A stretch of 47,415 nucleotides of DNA, taken from NCBI GenBank assembly GCA_946629885.1, contig CAMOYI010000009.1, positions 1 through 47,415 on the forward strand, written 5' to 3'. The translations under genes and the position numbers were made by a program. Shown here in pieces: positions 45,013 to 47,415 of this stretch. How positions within the stretch are numbered: the first letter of the stretch is position 1; every line of letters starts with the position of its first letter. A model generated the notes under the pieces. That model ran no database searches and was not told the DNA's origin. It saw only the letters and a list, made by a program, of their open reading frames with translations. The DNA comes from an uncultured Mycoplasmatota bacterium (GTDB lineage Bacteria; Bacillota_I; Bacilli_A; RF39; UBA660).

Positions 45013-45564
45013 ATGATAGGTTTAGTAATCGCAGGTGTAGTATTGTTATTAATTATTTTATATGTTGTTACAACGTACAATAAACTCGTTAGCTTAAGAA
45101 ATAGAGTTAACGATCAGTGGAGTCAAATAGATGTAGAATTAAAGAGAAGATTTGATCTTATACCAAATTTGGTAAATACAGTTAAGGGATATGCTAAACA
45201 CGAAGATGAAACATTGGAAAAAGTTATCAAGGCACGTAATACTTATTTATCAAGTGGAACTAGGGAACAAGCTATGGAAGCGGATAGCGAATTATCTAGT
45301 GCTATTAATAAACTATTTGCCCTAAGTGAATCATATCCGGATTTGAAAGCAAACGAAAACTTCTTAGATTTACAGTCACAGCTTAAAGATACAGAAGAAA
45401 AAATAAGCTTTGCACGTAAATTCTATAACGATACAGCGCTACTTTTAAATAATAAAATAGATATGTTTCCATCTAACTTGATCGCTGGTTTATTTAAATT
45501 TACTAAGGTCGAATTCTTTAAAGCAAGCGAAGCAGAAAGAGAAAACGTAAAAGTTGAATTTTAA
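45013..45564 (+). CDS. lemA: LemA family protein
   Basis: N-terminal TM, WSQIDVELKRRFDLIPNLV, ESYPDLKANENF, ARKFYN, FPSNLIA. Confidence 0.96.
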   Translation: MIGLVIAGVVLLLIILYVVTTYNKLVSLRNRVNDQWSQIDVELKRRFDLIPNLVNTVKGYAKHEDETLEKVIKARNTYLSSGTREQAMEADSELSSAINKLFALSESYPDLKANENFLDLQSQLKDTEEKISFARKFYNDTALLLNNKIDMFPSNLIAGLFKFTKVEFFKASEAERENVKVEF

Positions 45565-45588
45565 CTCGATAATTAATCGAGTTTTTTT
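45563..45588 (+). terminator. terminator after lemA
   Basis: AACTCGAT-aatta-ATCGAGTT followed by a T run. Confidence 0.82.
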
Positions 45589-45671
45589 GTGTAAACAAGG
45601 TGTATTTTAGTTAAAATATACTAAAAAAGAGGCATTTTAAGTGTTATACTAACAATGTAAAATACTAAAAT

Positions 45672-45700
45672 TTGACAAATGCAGTAAAAAGTGCTAGAAT
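45672..45700 (+). promoter_or_regulatory. strong sigmaA promoter
   Basis: TTGACA-N17-TAGAAT with an extended TG. Confidence 0.8.
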
Positions 45701-45732
45701 AACCACCAATTAAAGGAATAAGGGGGATTTTA

Positions 45733-46149
45733 ATGAAAGGATACATATTAGACTATGTTAATGAAAATGAGTATCGTAAATTGGAACGTGCTCTAAAAAA
45801 ATATAACATGTTGGCATTTAAGAAACTTAACTTCGATTATTATCCTAAATTAAGAAGCGGAATATTTTTAGGAGAAAAAGTGGAAACCAACAAACAAGAA
45901 AAGACTGTAAGATACGAATTAAAGTTGCCAAGCGACCATATGTTTAGTCAAGTCCATGGTGATATTAAACTTCATTATATCGTATACTTAGAGCAAAATA
46001 TTGTCATGTTAGATACACTTACTCCATCTGATATTCTATTAGAAGGCCATATGGCAGAGTTGACGACATATAAGGGTGTAATGATTAGTAAACAAAATGA
46101 AGCAAAAGACATGTTCAAAATTGACTTGCTCAATATGTTAAATAAATAA
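45733..46149 (+). CDS. hypothetical protein (138 aa), possible RelE/ParE-like fold
   Basis: Own promoter, RBS AGGGGGA and terminator. The fold is a by-eye guess from LGEKV...YELKL...GDIKLHYIVY...IVML. Confidence 0.75.
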   Translation: MKGYILDYVNENEYRKLERALKKYNMLAFKKLNFDYYPKLRSGIFLGEKVETNKQEKTVRYELKLPSDHMFSQVHGDIKLHYIVYLEQNIVMLDTLTPSDILLEGHMAELTTYKGVMISKQNEAKDMFKIDLLNMLNK

Positions 46150-46166
46150 GACTTAGGTCTTTTTTT
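46148..46166 (+). terminator. short intrinsic terminator
   Basis: AAGAC-ttag-GTCTT followed by a T run. Confidence 0.55.
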
Positions 46167-46225
46167 GTGAATTAAATTCCGAATATCGTAATATGATTTA
46201 CTAAGTAATCTTTAAAGGAGAAAAA

Positions 46226-47415
46226 ATGAATAAGCACATATACATGGTAGGTATCGGTGGAGCTAGTATGAGTGGAATTGCCGAATTGTTAATCAATTAT
46301 GGATATATGGTGAGTGGCTCTGATATGGCCTTAAACGAAAATGTAAAAAGGCTTTTAGATAAAGGTATTAAGGTTAATATTGGTCAGAAAGCAGAGAATA
46401 TCGATAGCGATATAGACTTACTTGTATATACAGGAGCGATAAGTCCAGAAAATGAGGAAATTGTTGAAGCAAAAAGACTAGGTATTAAAATGATGGAAAG
46501 AGGAGAACTACTCGGCCTTTTAACTGAAAAATTTAAAGATACAATAGGAGTGGCAGGGACTCATGGTAAAACGACTACGACATCCATGGTATCATGTGTA
46601 TTTATTGCAGCAAGTAAAGATCCTACCATACAAGTCGGATCATATCTGAATAATATAGATGGAAATTACCGCATAGGAAAAAGTGATTACTTTATAATTG
46701 AGTCATGTGAATATAGAGATAGTTTTTTAAACTTTTCTCAGAGAAGTGCGATTGTAACCAATATTGATAACGATCATTTGGATTATTTTAAGAATATCGA
46801 TAACATATCTAAATCGTTTCAAAAATATGTTTCCAAACTACCGAAAGATGGAATATTAGTTGTAAACATGGATAACGATAGATGTTACGATTTAAGAAAT
46901 CACACGAAGGCAAAAGTATTGTCTATTAGTACCTATAACCATAAAGCAGATTACTATGCACAAAATATAAAATTTGACGAAAGAGGATGCGCCAGTTTCG
47001 ACGTAATAAAAAATGGCGTAGTACAAAATAGAATAGTTTTAAATGTTAAGGGAGAGCACAATATTTCTAATGCCCTTGAATGTTTTGCTCTATGTGACTG
47101 GTATGGCATATCACCAGATATCATTAAATTGGGATTAAGAGAATTTAATGGGGCTTCAAGGAGAATAGAATATATAGGTAAATTTTTAGGAGCAAAAGTA
47201 TACGACGACTATGCACACCATCCAACAGAAATCTATGCAACCGGGAAAGCTATCGTTAAAGAAAAGCACAATGAGATATATGCAATTTTTGAACCACATA
47301 CGTATAGTAGAGTAGCAAATCACAAAACTGATTTTGCAAAAGCTCTTAGTGTATTTAATCACATAATAATTATAGATATTTATGCGGCACGAGAAAAAAA
47401 CATTTATAATGTAAG
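46226..47415 (+). CDS. murC: UDP-N-acetylmuramate--L-alanine ligase, 3'-partial (absent from the supplied ORF track)
   Basis: Manual translation gives MNKHIYMVGIGGASMSGIA, GVAGTHGKTTTT and DDYAHHPTEI; RBS AAGGAG; runs off the window end. Confidence 0.95.
   Translation, partial: MNKHIYMVGIGGASMSGIAELLINYGYMVSGSDMALNENVKRLLDKGIKVNIGQKAENIDSDIDLLVYTGAISPENEEIVEAKRLGIKMMERGELLGLLTEKFKDTIGVAGTHGKTTTTSMVSCVFIAASKDPTIQVGSYLNNIDGNYRIGKSDYFIIESCEYRDSFLNFSQRSAIVTNIDNDHLDYFKNIDNISKSFQKYVSKLPKDGILVVNMDNDRCYDLRNHTKAKVLSISTYNHKADYYAQNIKFDERGCASFDVIKNGVVQNRIVLNVKGEHNISNALECFALCDWYGISPDIIKLGLREFNGASRRIEYIGKFLGAKVYDDYAHHPTEIYATGKAIVKEKHNEIYAIFEPHTYSRVANHKTDFAKALSVFNHIIIIDIYAAREKNIYNV

Noticed and set aside
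1-47415. Mycoplasma-type genetic code (TGA=Trp)
   Set aside because: TGA terminates genes such as rbfA, Trp is encoded by TGG in conserved proteins, and long ORFs are intact under code 11. murC and spoIVA indicate a walled organism.

Overview
AT-rich bacterial chromosome segment (genetic code 11) from a Bacillota/Bacilli organism. The gene content (spoIVA-hup, scpAB, yfhO, archaeal/eukaryotic-type ProRS, [FeFe]-hydrogenase, many orphans) suggests an uncultured, reduced-genome lineage such as RF39; this placement is inference. The backbone is housekeeping: HerA-like ATPase (partial), spoIVA, HU, scpA/scpB, yfhO, rimP-nusA-ylxR-infB-rbfA-truB, three tRNAs (Arg-CCT, Thr-GGT, Leu-CAA), capA-like, proS, RNase J, ftsY-ylxM, lemA and murC (partial). 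The main finding is an intact-looking ~11.3 kb type IV secretion-like cluster (15064-26391). It encodes a VirB2-like pilin, extended VirB6-like protein, PrgI/VirB3, a TrsD-like protein, VirB4, an M23 peptidase + GH24 lysozyme fusion, two bitopic proteins, and a VirD4 with a nine-fold [DN]PF repeat tail. It abuts the rimP promoter, and I found no integrase, relaxase or att repeat in the window, so it looks domesticated rather than ICE-borne. Four large soluble orphan genes, each with its own sigmaA-type promoter, are candidate substrates (hypothesis). Other oddities are a half-length RimP, a sortase B-like protein lacking catalytic residues, a pilin gene coupled to ftsY, and a lone RelE-like ORF. 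All family calls come from motif recognition by eye; no searches were run.
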